Shown: positions 56,556-64,000 of the stretch, one piece after another
Position numbering within the stretch: position 1 is the stretch's first letter
How the letters are laid out: each line of letters opens with the position of its first letter
Assembly (NCBI GenBank): GCA_030698885.1
Contig: JAUYLN010000020.1
Location: forward strand, 7,346-71,345
Length of the DNA: 64,000 bases
DNA from: a bacterium
GTDB taxonomy: Bacteria > Patescibacteriota > Minisyncoccia > 2-02-FULL-40-12 > IGHO2-01-FULL-4-A
Reading direction: 5' to 3'
Position numbers and translations under genes: made by a program
The notes under the pieces: generated by a model
Told to the model about the DNA's origin: nothing
Seen by the model: only the letters and a program-made list of their open reading frames with translations
Databases searched by the model: none

Positions 56556-58171
56556 TCCCGCACCTTTCTGGCAATTGCCTTCGGCATAACAGGCCTCTTT
56601 GCGGCGTTTGCCAAAAAGGTGCGGGATTCAGCACTATTGAGATAGTGCTGGCTTTTGCGATAATCATTGTCGTGCTGTCGGCTATAATTTTAGTTGTGTT
56701 CGGCAATCAGACTGTTGCCGTGGATAATGAGATAAATAACGAGGCATTGTACAAAGCGAAAGAAATTGTTGAGACGGCCCGTGCTGATGCCAAGGAGGAT
56801 TTTTATGGTTTAGCCGGGAGTACCTCTCTTGATGATATTTACACAAAAGTTCTAGGTATATCTGATATTAATCTTTGCAAAAAAAGCATTACCGGAACGG
56901 TTTCATGGCAGACTGAACCTGACAGGCCTCTTGAAATATCTATCAACAGCGAAGTCTCAAGTATTTTTGACGCCCTTGCCCTGGGTGGCGACTGCGGTTC
57001 TGATACCCCCCCGATAAGCGAGTGGTGGTTTCCGAGGACATTTAAGGATTATGACCTAAAGACAATAGAGCCTCCGGCAGAACAGTCGGGGAATGCTGGT
57101 GTTCCGGCAACAAGTATTGATGTCGTTAAGCAGGGGGGCAGTAAATACGCAGTCTTAAGTACCGCACATAATTCAGAAAATGATATCTGGATAATTAATG
57201 TTGACGATAGTTTAAATGCATTTATAGTGAGTTCGCTTGAAACAGAAAGCGTTGGTCTTAATACTGCGGATGTGGCAGGAGGCCTTGCTTATGCCTTAAG
57301 CGTAGGTTCACCCACGACACAACCTTCCGAATTACAAATTATAGATATAAGTACAGTTAGCGCGCCCGCACTCTTGGCTACCAAGTCTTTGGATATTTTC
57401 GGTGCAGATGCCGAGAATTCACCGAATGCAAATACTATTTATTACTTTGACGAAAAAATATATGTCGGTACGCATAAAACAGGAGGCAAAGAATTTCAGA
57501 TTTTTAGTGGTGTTGCACCATATGAGAAGGTTGCAGAGCTAGAGATAAACCACAACATTAATGACATAGTTGTCAGGGGTGATTATGCCTATTTGGCTAC
57601 ATCGGATGATGGCTATGCAATAAATGGTGGGGCAGGTGAGCTTATGGTTGTTAACATAAATCCGTTAAGCCCAGAAGAATATATGGTTCACCCTGATGTA
57701 ACTGGCATGTGGTACGATGCCACCAAGGGTTTTGACGCTATAAGTCTTTATTTGCTAGGCAATAAGATTTATTTAGGCAGGCAGGGCGGTAATTATGTTA
57801 AAACAGAAGCGTTCAATTTTATGATATTAGACATAACTGACCCGCATGCAATCACGGAGCTTGGTTCAAAATTTATTCCTACTAACGAATCACCAAATAA
57901 GGCCGCGGGGATTAAGGATTTTCAAATAGTGAGCGATTTTGCATTTATTGCAACAGATGTAGATAACTTGGACTTTCAGGTTTATAGAGTAAGCGATCCA
58001 ACTAATATTCTAAATTGCAGTGAGCTGACTCCTCCTCCTGCGTCTAACTGTGGTAAATATGATTTTCCGGCAAAAATGGTAGATCTCGAATTTAGCGATA
58101 ACCTCATTTATGCAGCCATTGAAAGTAATGCAACTTTCAGGATAATTTTTGATGATATAACCAAGTATTAA
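56519..58171 (+). CDS. Large pilin-like protein with a probable LVIVD-type beta-propeller
   Basis: GF|STIE motif, repeated GDYAYLA / LQIIDIS / ILDITDP units. Confidence 0.8.
   Translation: MNTKIKNNQRGFIPHLSGNCLRHNRPLCGVCQKGAGFSTIEIVLAFAIIIVVLSAIILVVFGNQTVAVDNEINNEALYKAKEIVETARADAKEDFYGLAGSTSLDDIYTKVLGISDINLCKKSITGTVSWQTEPDRPLEISINSEVSSIFDALALGGDCGSDTPPISEWWFPRTFKDYDLKTIEPPAEQSGNAGVPATSIDVVKQGGSKYAVLSTAHNSENDIWIINVDDSLNAFIVSSLETESVGLNTADVAGGLAYALSVGSPTTQPSELQIIDISTVSAPALLATKSLDIFGADAENSPNANTIYYFDEKIYVGTHKTGGKEFQIFSGVAPYEKVAELEINHNINDIVVRGDYAYLATSDDGYAINGGAGELMVVNINPLSPEEYMVHPDVTGMWYDATKGFDAISLYLLGNKIYLGRQGGNYVKTEAFNFMILDITDPHAITELGSKFIPTNESPNKAAGIKDFQIVSDFAFIATDVDNLDFQVYRVSDPTNILNCSELTPPPASNCGKYDFPAKMVDLEFSDNLIYAAIESNATFRIIFDDITKY
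56555..56627. mobile_element. In-frame palindromic insertion (75 bp with duplication) at the prepilin GF site
   Basis: atcccgcacctttctggcaa/ttgccaaaaaggtgcgggat IR; GG(G/A)TTCA at both ends. Confidence 0.7.
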
Positions 58172-58233
58172 GGGATAAGTAGTAAGTATTAAGCATGAAT
58201 ACAAAAAGAAAAAACAATCAGAGGGGATTCACT
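58162..58233 (+). repeat. Heptamer arm plus pilin leader direct repeat, copy 4
   Basis: Provides K-Y-stop of the upstream gene; ATG 58195. Confidence 0.9.
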
Positions 58234-58665
58234 TTGGTGGAGGTGCTCATCTACACGGTTTTAATTATGTTTATACTTGGCGGAATGCTTTTGGCCGTCT
58301 ATAACATTGTTGAAGGAAGTACGGCCCTTGGCCAGGATGTGATTATTCAAGAAGAGGCAAATTTTCTGCTTCGTAAAATTGAGTGGGCATTGAGCGGGGC
58401 CAGCGATATCAATACTCCGAATTCAGGAAATAGCGGGAATGTGCTTTCGGTTGATAAAGATTTAAACACCATACAGTTTAATCTTGATTCAGGTAATTTA
58501 AGGATTGATAAGGGGAGCGGTCCGATAATACTAAACAGCGAGTATGTTACGGTTTCCAGTTTGAGCTTTGAGCATATTCCCGCAAGCGGAACCGGTCCAG
58601 CAGCGGTTCGTGCCGAATTTTATGTTGACGATAAATACTTCAATTTAACGAAGTACCTTCGTTAA
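58195..58665 (+). CDS. Type IV prepilin-like protein (PilW-like)
   Basis: GF|TLVE motif and hydrophobic helix. Confidence 0.88.
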   Translation: MNTKRKNNQRGFTLVEVLIYTVLIMFILGGMLLAVYNIVEGSTALGQDVIIQEEANFLLRKIEWALSGASDINTPNSGNSGNVLSVDKDLNTIQFNLDSGNLRIDKGSGPIILNSEYVTVSSLSFEHIPASGTGPAAVRAEFYVDDKYFNLTKYLR

Positions 58666-58731
58666 GTATTAAGGGATAAGTAGCAAGTATTAAGCATGAA
58701 TACAAAAATAAAAAACAATCAGGAGGGATTT
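58663..58731 (+). repeat. Heptamer arm plus pilin leader direct repeat, copy 5
   Basis: 33 nt before ATG 58696. Confidence 0.9.
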
Positions 58732-59100
58732 ATCGCGCTGGTGTCAGCAATCGTAATATCTCTTGTATTGATGGCGATAGTTTTCTCCCTAAGTTTTAGG
58801 GGATTTTTCGGGCGCTTCAATCTTCTGGACAGCGAATTTAAAGAAAGAAGCATCGCTGTCGCTGAAGCTTGCGGTGACAATGCATTGCTTCGCTTGGCCC
58901 AAGATATAAACTATGCAGGCAGTGAGAGCTTTGATATAGGAGATGATACTTGTAAAGTTTTGCCGATAAATAATATATTAAGTCCCAGGGTTATCTATGC
59001 TACGGCTAATGTATATTCAGCTGTTACAAATCTGAAGATAACGGTTGATGAAGCCACTCTCTCCGTCAGCTCTTGGCAAGAAATTCCGAAACGGCCCTAG
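58696..59100 (+). CDS. PilX-like minor pilin
   Basis: GF|IALV lacking Glu5, AEACGDNALLRL, SWQE tail. Confidence 0.8.
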   Translation: MNTKIKNNQEGFIALVSAIVISLVLMAIVFSLSFRGFFGRFNLLDSEFKERSIAVAEACGDNALLRLAQDINYAGSESFDIGDDTCKVLPINNILSPRVIYATANVYSAVTNLKITVDEATLSVSSWQEIPKRP

Positions 59101-59191
59101 TTGACAATTAGGCATATTTTCTGTTATTATCACAACAGGTTTAAAGACCTCGTTTTTTTATAATAAAAAGAGAGAAAAGGAGTGAAAAATA

Positions 59192-60865
59192 ATGGTGAAA
59201 ACAATTTTAAGAAGCACCGCTCTTGCGCTTTTGTTCTCTGCTTTGGTTTTTTCGCAAAACTTTCCAAAGCCGGTCGGATATGTAAACGATTTTGCTGACA
59301 TTTTGCCTGCCGAGATTGAGACTCAACTTTCGGCAAAATTAAGCGACTATCAGCAAAAAACCTCCATAGAAATTGCTGTAGTTACCGTTCAGTCCCTGGA
59401 AGGCTATGAAGTTGATGATTATACCAACCGTTTGGCTAATGCATGGGGTGTTGGCGATAGGGCTAAAGATAACGGAATTGTTTTTCTCATAGCGCCCAAT
59501 GACAGAGATGTCAGAATTGAAGTCGGCTATGGCCTTGAGCCTGATTTGACGGATGGCGCATCCGGAAATATTCTTGACCAGTTCGTTGTCCCGTATTTTC
59601 GGGATAACAATATGGCCGGTGGAGTTGTGGCCGGAGTAGACGGCATTATTGCTCACCTTGGAGATACGCCTATTCAGGCACGCCTTGAAGAAAGAAAAAT
59701 AGCCGAAGAAAAAAATCGGTTGGCCCGTGAAGAAGCCAGTAGGAATTTCAAAAATATCATGACGATATTTGGTATTTTTCTGGCTATAGCCACACCCATT
59801 TTTGGCCTTTTGTGGTTAGGGATTAGGTATGCCAGGCGGGTAAAGTATTTAAAAAAGGTTGACCTGGAAAATAAAGCGAAACTAAAAGTGTTCAGCTCAC
59901 GGCTTAGTAGCGGGAATTCAAATTTTAGAGAAGCAATGGAATTATTAAAGGAGCTTAAGTCAGTCAGTCCGGAGACAGTTTGGTCCAATCTTAATAAAAG
60001 AGTAGAAAGCTTTGACGATGATTATGTCGTAGCCGATGAGGATCTTAACAGAATGGGGCTCGGTATAGTTGTCATAGCGGCTAGAGGGTGGAAGGCTTCT
60101 GAATTAGTGTCGGCCAGACTAGAAGAAATCGAGCCGAAAGTAGATAATATTTATTCCTTAAAGTCCGACATTGAGACAAAAATAAAAGAAGTTACAAGAG
60201 CAAAAAAGAAAAGTATGGAAATTCTAAAAACTTTGCCGGCTGCGTATATGGTAGCCAGCGAAAACTCTTTACATGATGATGTAACTACGGAAACCAAGAA
60301 TAGGCTAGAGGAGGTATCCTTAAAGCTTAAAGAAGCTTCGAGGGTGGCCACAGGTGTGGGTAATGAAAATAAGGTGGTTAATATAGAGGAGAGAAATCCG
60401 GATTGGATAAGTATTCTGGCGATTCTTGTCGGGATTGCGCTGTCCCTGAAGAGTATTAATAGTCAAATAACTACCGATAAAGAAAATGCCAATAAGGCCA
60501 GGACTGAAGGCCCGAAGCTTCTAAAAGAATTGCCCGAGCTTATCGCTTCTGTGGCGGAAAAAGTTTCCGGTTCGGATGTAGGTCAGGAAGCCAAAGATTT
60601 ACTGGGTAATGCCAGGAAGCAGTTTAAAAAAGCGGAAGAATCATTAAATCTGGGCTGGCTCGTTGTGTTTCCTTTTTTGGCCTCCGCTTCTTCCTTGCTG
60701 TCACAGGCAGAAGAAAAAGCTAAAAAAGATAACAAAAAAGCATATGACAGGCGCAATCCGAAGCTTTCCAGTGGCCCTACTTACCGACCTCCTAGCGGTG
60801 GAAGTGGATTTGGTGGTTTTAGCGGGGGTAGTTTTGGAGGTGCAGGGGCCAGTCGGAAGTGGTAG
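59192..60865 (+). CDS. TPM-domain (YgcG-like) membrane protein with a long helical region
   Basis: VNDFADIL, WGVG..DNG, RIEVGYGLEP, Gly-rich GGSFGGAGASRKW tail. Confidence 0.88.
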   Translation: MVKTILRSTALALLFSALVFSQNFPKPVGYVNDFADILPAEIETQLSAKLSDYQQKTSIEIAVVTVQSLEGYEVDDYTNRLANAWGVGDRAKDNGIVFLIAPNDRDVRIEVGYGLEPDLTDGASGNILDQFVVPYFRDNNMAGGVVAGVDGIIAHLGDTPIQARLEERKIAEEKNRLAREEASRNFKNIMTIFGIFLAIATPIFGLLWLGIRYARRVKYLKKVDLENKAKLKVFSSRLSSGNSNFREAMELLKELKSVSPETVWSNLNKRVESFDDDYVVADEDLNRMGLGIVVIAARGWKASELVSARLEEIEPKVDNIYSLKSDIETKIKEVTRAKKKSMEILKTLPAAYMVASENSLHDDVTTETKNRLEEVSLKLKEASRVATGVGNENKVVNIEERNPDWISILAILVGIALSLKSINSQITTDKENANKARTEGPKLLKELPELIASVAEKVSGSDVGQEAKDLLGNARKQFKKAEESLNLGWLVVFPFLASASSLLSQAEEKAKKDNKKAYDRRNPKLSSGPTYRPPSGGSGFGGFSGGSFGGAGASRKW

Positions 60866-60945
60866 ATTAATGGGGAGGGAGCTCATATTGGGCTTTGACC
60901 ATTCGGTTTTAAAAACAATGGCGGTAGAAATACCGCCTTTTTATT

Positions 60946-60974
60946 TTGACTTTACGTGATTTATTTGTTATAAT
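60946..60974 (+). promoter_or_regulatory. Promoter of rnpB
   Basis: TTGACT-17 bp-TATAAT. Confidence 0.75.
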
Positions 60975-60983
60975 TAATTTGCT

Positions 60984-61420
60984 TTGGTGTGTTGGGTGGC
61001 TACTGTGGAGAGGCCCGCCTATGCCCTTTGGGCTTAGGCGAGGCGCTTCGCAGAGGAAAGTCCGGACACCATGCCGCCTCTTTTGGCGGCAAACGGTAGC
61101 AGGTAACGCCTGTCGCGGGTAACCGCCGAGATGCGAACAGTGACGCTTTAATCCGAAAGGATTAAGCATCCTGCTTTGGCAGGATGAATCCAGTTATAAA
61201 TTATTGTCATCTATCTTATCCCTAAAGGATGAGCAGTTGGCTTAAGACTGGAGTGAAACGGCTAAATTCTTACTGGGGTGCAAGGCCGAGCCTGGCTATT
61301 TTAAAAATAGTCGGGAGTGCCGCTATTGCCCTGAGTTTATCGAAGGGCTTGAGGCTGTCAGCGATGTCAGTCCCAGATAAATTGCCACACAAATACAGGA
61401 TCCGGCTTACAGACACACCA
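60984..61420 (+). ncRNA. rnpB: RNase P RNA
   Basis: GAGGAAAGTCCGG and ACAGGATCCGGCTTA signature halves of P4, TGAAACG and GCAAG motifs, P1 ttggtgtgtt/gacacaccaa. Confidence 0.93.
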
Positions 61421-61462
61421 AAGCAAATCAAAATCCGTCTTATGGCGGATTTTGATTTGCTT
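61421..61462 (+). terminator. Terminator of rnpB
   Basis: aagcaaatcaaaatccg-tcttatgg-cggattttgatttgctt. Confidence 0.7.
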
Positions 61463-61532
61463 TGTCAATATTACTAACATTGTATTCGGAGTTATTATTT
61501 ATCCAGTCAGAACCTTAACAAGGAGAATCATA

Positions 61533-62630
61533 GTGAGAGTTCTAATAGTTGGTACAGGAACTATCGCTAAGCCTTTAATAAGACTTTGTCTTATTAAAAG
61601 AAAGAAGTTGGGCATAACCGAACTTATTTTTAACAAGCATCAGCCTTTGCTTGAATCGCGGGGAACATTGAAAGATTTTCATGATATGGGAGCTAAGCTA
61701 TCTGTTTTCCCGGAAAAAATGGCGGAGTTTAGAGATATGCTTTTCGGTTATGGCTTTGGTCCTGATTATACTTTTAGTGAAGCCATTGATATCGCAGATG
61801 TCGTAATAGACTGCACCGATAAGGGCATTGCCAGAAAATTAAAGGAGGAATATTATTTCAAGCAAAAAGGTGGAAAACTGTTTATTGCTCAAGGTTCGGA
61901 AAAGGGCTTCGGTATTCCTTATGCCTTTGATATTAATGATGCAGTTTTAATGGAAGATGAGCCAAAGTATCTGCAAATCGTCAGCTGTAATACCCATCAA
62001 GTTCTGTGCCTGCTTAAGACTTTGGCCTTTGATCCGGAGAATGCCGGTCCCTGGAATTTTGATAATTTAGTCAGAGCGCGTTTTGACATTACAAGAAGGG
62101 CGGCCGATATTTCTCAGGAAGATTCAACGATTGGGATTAGGGTGGGCGAACCAAGTGACCTAGTTTTCGGAACCCATCAAGGCAAAGACGCTCATGATGT
62201 TTTAAACACGTTGACCGAAAAAACATTTGACATTCATACAACAGCCGATATATCAAATAATTGTTTTACACACGTTGTTAATTTTAGGGTTACTCTAAAA
62301 GAAAAAGTAAGCCGTGATGAAATTGAAAGAAGGTTCAGGATAAATCCTCTTACTGCCATTACGTATCTGATGGATAATAACAGGGTATTTTCTGAGGGCA
62401 GAGACAGGGGATTTTCCGGCCGGATATTGAACCAGACCGTTGTTTGTTTGCCTTCTCTTGAGGTAAGGGAGGATGGTCATAAAGTTATCGGTAGGTGCTT
62501 TACGCCACAAGATGGCAATCCTCTTTTATCATCTGTTGCTGCCTTGCTTTGGTCCCAGGAGCCGTTCAATTATAGGCAGAAGCTTAAAAATATATTTTTT
62601 AAACGGCCGTTTCTTTTTGACGAGGTGTGA
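61533..62630 (+). CDS. Archaeal-type (class II) glyceraldehyde-3-phosphate dehydrogenase-like protein
   Basis: GTGTIA Rossmann motif, DVVIDCT, AQGSEK, IVSCNT, RRAAD, THQGKD; GTG start with AAGGAG SD. Confidence 0.75.
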   Translation: MRVLIVGTGTIAKPLIRLCLIKRKKLGITELIFNKHQPLLESRGTLKDFHDMGAKLSVFPEKMAEFRDMLFGYGFGPDYTFSEAIDIADVVIDCTDKGIARKLKEEYYFKQKGGKLFIAQGSEKGFGIPYAFDINDAVLMEDEPKYLQIVSCNTHQVLCLLKTLAFDPENAGPWNFDNLVRARFDITRRAADISQEDSTIGIRVGEPSDLVFGTHQGKDAHDVLNTLTEKTFDIHTTADISNNCFTHVVNFRVTLKEKVSRDEIERRFRINPLTAITYLMDNNRVFSEGRDRGFSGRILNQTVVCLPSLEVREDGHKVIGRCFTPQDGNPLLSSVAALLWSQEPFNYRQKLKNIFFKRPFLFDEV

Positions 62631-62631
62631 T

Positions 62632-63450
62632 ATGCACATAGGCGGAGACATCGTAAGAGAAGATATAAAAAATGGCGGTTCGGGAGGCGATGCTGAGGTT
62701 ATCGTCCAGGTCAGGAATTTTTTTCCGGGCATAGGTGGATGCATCAAAACAAAACAGACTACATATGTTGCCTTAAGAAAAGAGCAAAAATCAGGACGTG
62801 TGACCGGTTCCGGGCATAAAACATTTTTACGCCACCTGCTTATTAAAAAACTGGATGACTTTTTCTGTCGAAACCGTGTTTATTTAGGCCCGCACGTTAC
62901 CCGCCCCTTCGGTTCAGCTTCTATTTCCGATACAGGCCGGAATGCGGAAAAAATTGAAGCGTCTATTTATGAATGGGTTTGGGGCCAGGATAGTTTCCCG
63001 TGGAGAATACAGGACAGCAAGGGCAACTCATTTCCCGTGGTACTAAAGGAATGGGATTTATTCAAGTCCGTTTTTTCCGGCATTGGTATTATTCTGGATG
63101 ATGATATTGTTAACGTAGATAACGGCAATATCTCACAGAATATTGTCCATCAGCTTTGTTCTTTTAATGACATAAATTCAGGTGAGCTTAACTTATGTTG
63201 GCACAGGATAGACTTTGGTGCTGATTCTCTGTTTATTGATTATGATAAGCTTGGCGGGTTTTTTAAAAAAGAATCCGATAAATTGAAAAATTTGCTGGGC
63301 ATACATCGCTATGAACTTATTTGGCTGGCATATAGAACCTTATCTCCGGATATCATAGTGAGTGAAAGGGAGGCGGGGAGGCTCGAGATGCTGGTCCGCG
63401 AATTCCGTAAATCTTCTCTCCGCCATCTTGATGCAGAGATTGTATTATAA
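62632..63450 (+). CDS. Hypothetical protein with protein-kinase-like motifs
   Basis: GGSGG loop, VALRK, YEWV, QNIV, RIDFG in kinase order. Confidence 0.55.
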   Translation: MHIGGDIVREDIKNGGSGGDAEVIVQVRNFFPGIGGCIKTKQTTYVALRKEQKSGRVTGSGHKTFLRHLLIKKLDDFFCRNRVYLGPHVTRPFGSASISDTGRNAEKIEASIYEWVWGQDSFPWRIQDSKGNSFPVVLKEWDLFKSVFSGIGIILDDDIVNVDNGNISQNIVHQLCSFNDINSGELNLCWHRIDFGADSLFIDYDKLGGFFKKESDKLKNLLGIHRYELIWLAYRTLSPDIIVSEREAGRLEMLVREFRKSSLRHLDAEIVL

Positions 63451-63491
63451 AAATCAAAAACCACGAATCAGGCGTGGTTTTTTTGTTTGTT

Positions 63492-64000
63492 CTAAAATGC
63501 CACTCCGATGAATGAGTGGCCGGCCATGATGTAGTATAATAGCCGGGCGATTGGCGGTACTACCATTATCGCGACGAGAAGTGCAAAAAAAGTTCCGAAC
63601 ATTGAGAACTGCATCATCATGAAGCGGCTTCGCGGGAAAAAGTCCATCAATAATTTAGAGCCGTCCAACGGCGGTATCGGTATTAAATTAAATAATGCTA
63701 AAAATATATTTATGTACACTACCCAGCTGATAGCGATATAAAACGGTCCGGCAACCGGAATAAAACGGATAAGAATACCGAACATGATGGCGATTATGAA
63801 GTTAGCGGCCGGGCCGGCAAAGCCAACCTTAGCTGAACCATATTTTTTGTCACTCAAAAGTAATGGGTTATAGGGAACCGGTTTGGCCCAGCCGATAAAT
63901 GCACCCAATTTACCAGCAAATAAATATGGTCCAAACAGCAAAAGAAGCGGTATTATAACCGTTCCCCATTTGTCTATGTGTTTGAGCGGATTCAGGGTGA
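63492..64000 (-). CDS. Site-2 protease (peptidase M50), partial
   Basis: LNPLKHID, GWAKPVP, AGPAAN, FNLIPIPPLDG. Confidence 0.92.
   Translation of the reverse strand, partial: TLNPLKHIDKWGTVIIPLLLLFGPYLFAGKLGAFIGWAKPVPYNPLLLSDKKYGSAKVGFAGPAANFIIAIMFGILIRFIPVAGPFYIAISWVVYINIFLALFNLIPIPPLDGSKLLMDFFPRSRFMMMQFSMFGTFFALLVAIMVVPPIARLLYYIMAGHSFIGVAF

Noticed and set aside
54462-59100. A diversity-generating retroelement targeting pilins
   Set aside because: No reverse transcriptase or TR/VR pair with adenine-specific mismatches was seen; the repeats are at gene starts, not C-terminal variable regions
60909-61477. ORFs 60909-61169 and 61229-61477
   Set aside because: They overlap the RNase P RNA gene

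Overview
Core-genome window of a Patescibacteria (CPR, Parcubacteria-like) bacterium. The lineage is inferred from the missing rpmD in the spc cluster, mostly SD-less core genes, a DUF4012-like gene, a sortase and a type IV pilus locus. It holds thrS (partial), dnaE, an SPFH operon, tuf plus the S10/spc ribosomal operon to secY-adk-map, envelope/glycosylation genes, murJ, lepA, tRNA-Gly(CCC), tRNA-Thr(CGT), rfbBA, rpsL-rpsG-fusA, galT-tpiA-pgk-rnhA, a sortase with surface proteins, a pilB/pilC/pilin locus, RNase P RNA, an archaeal-type GAPDH-like gene with a kinase-like partner and a partial site-2 protease. The unusual signal lies at gene junctions. (1) Eighteen copies of a ~63-116 bp asymmetric hairpin (ATCTAC...GTAGAT), most of which fill the stop-to-start gap of ribosomal and glycolytic genes. 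(2) A four-helix-bundle (TIGR02436/Avd-like) gene flanked by inverted heptamer arms, whose left arm and first codons recur in front of all four pilin genes. (3) Two antisense mini-cassettes inside the S10 operon that share promoter and terminator but carry different small membrane ORFs. (4) Several other short-period repeat families and palindromes, some inserted in frame in proteins and in RNase P RNA. All product calls come from motif recognition by eye; no database searches were run.
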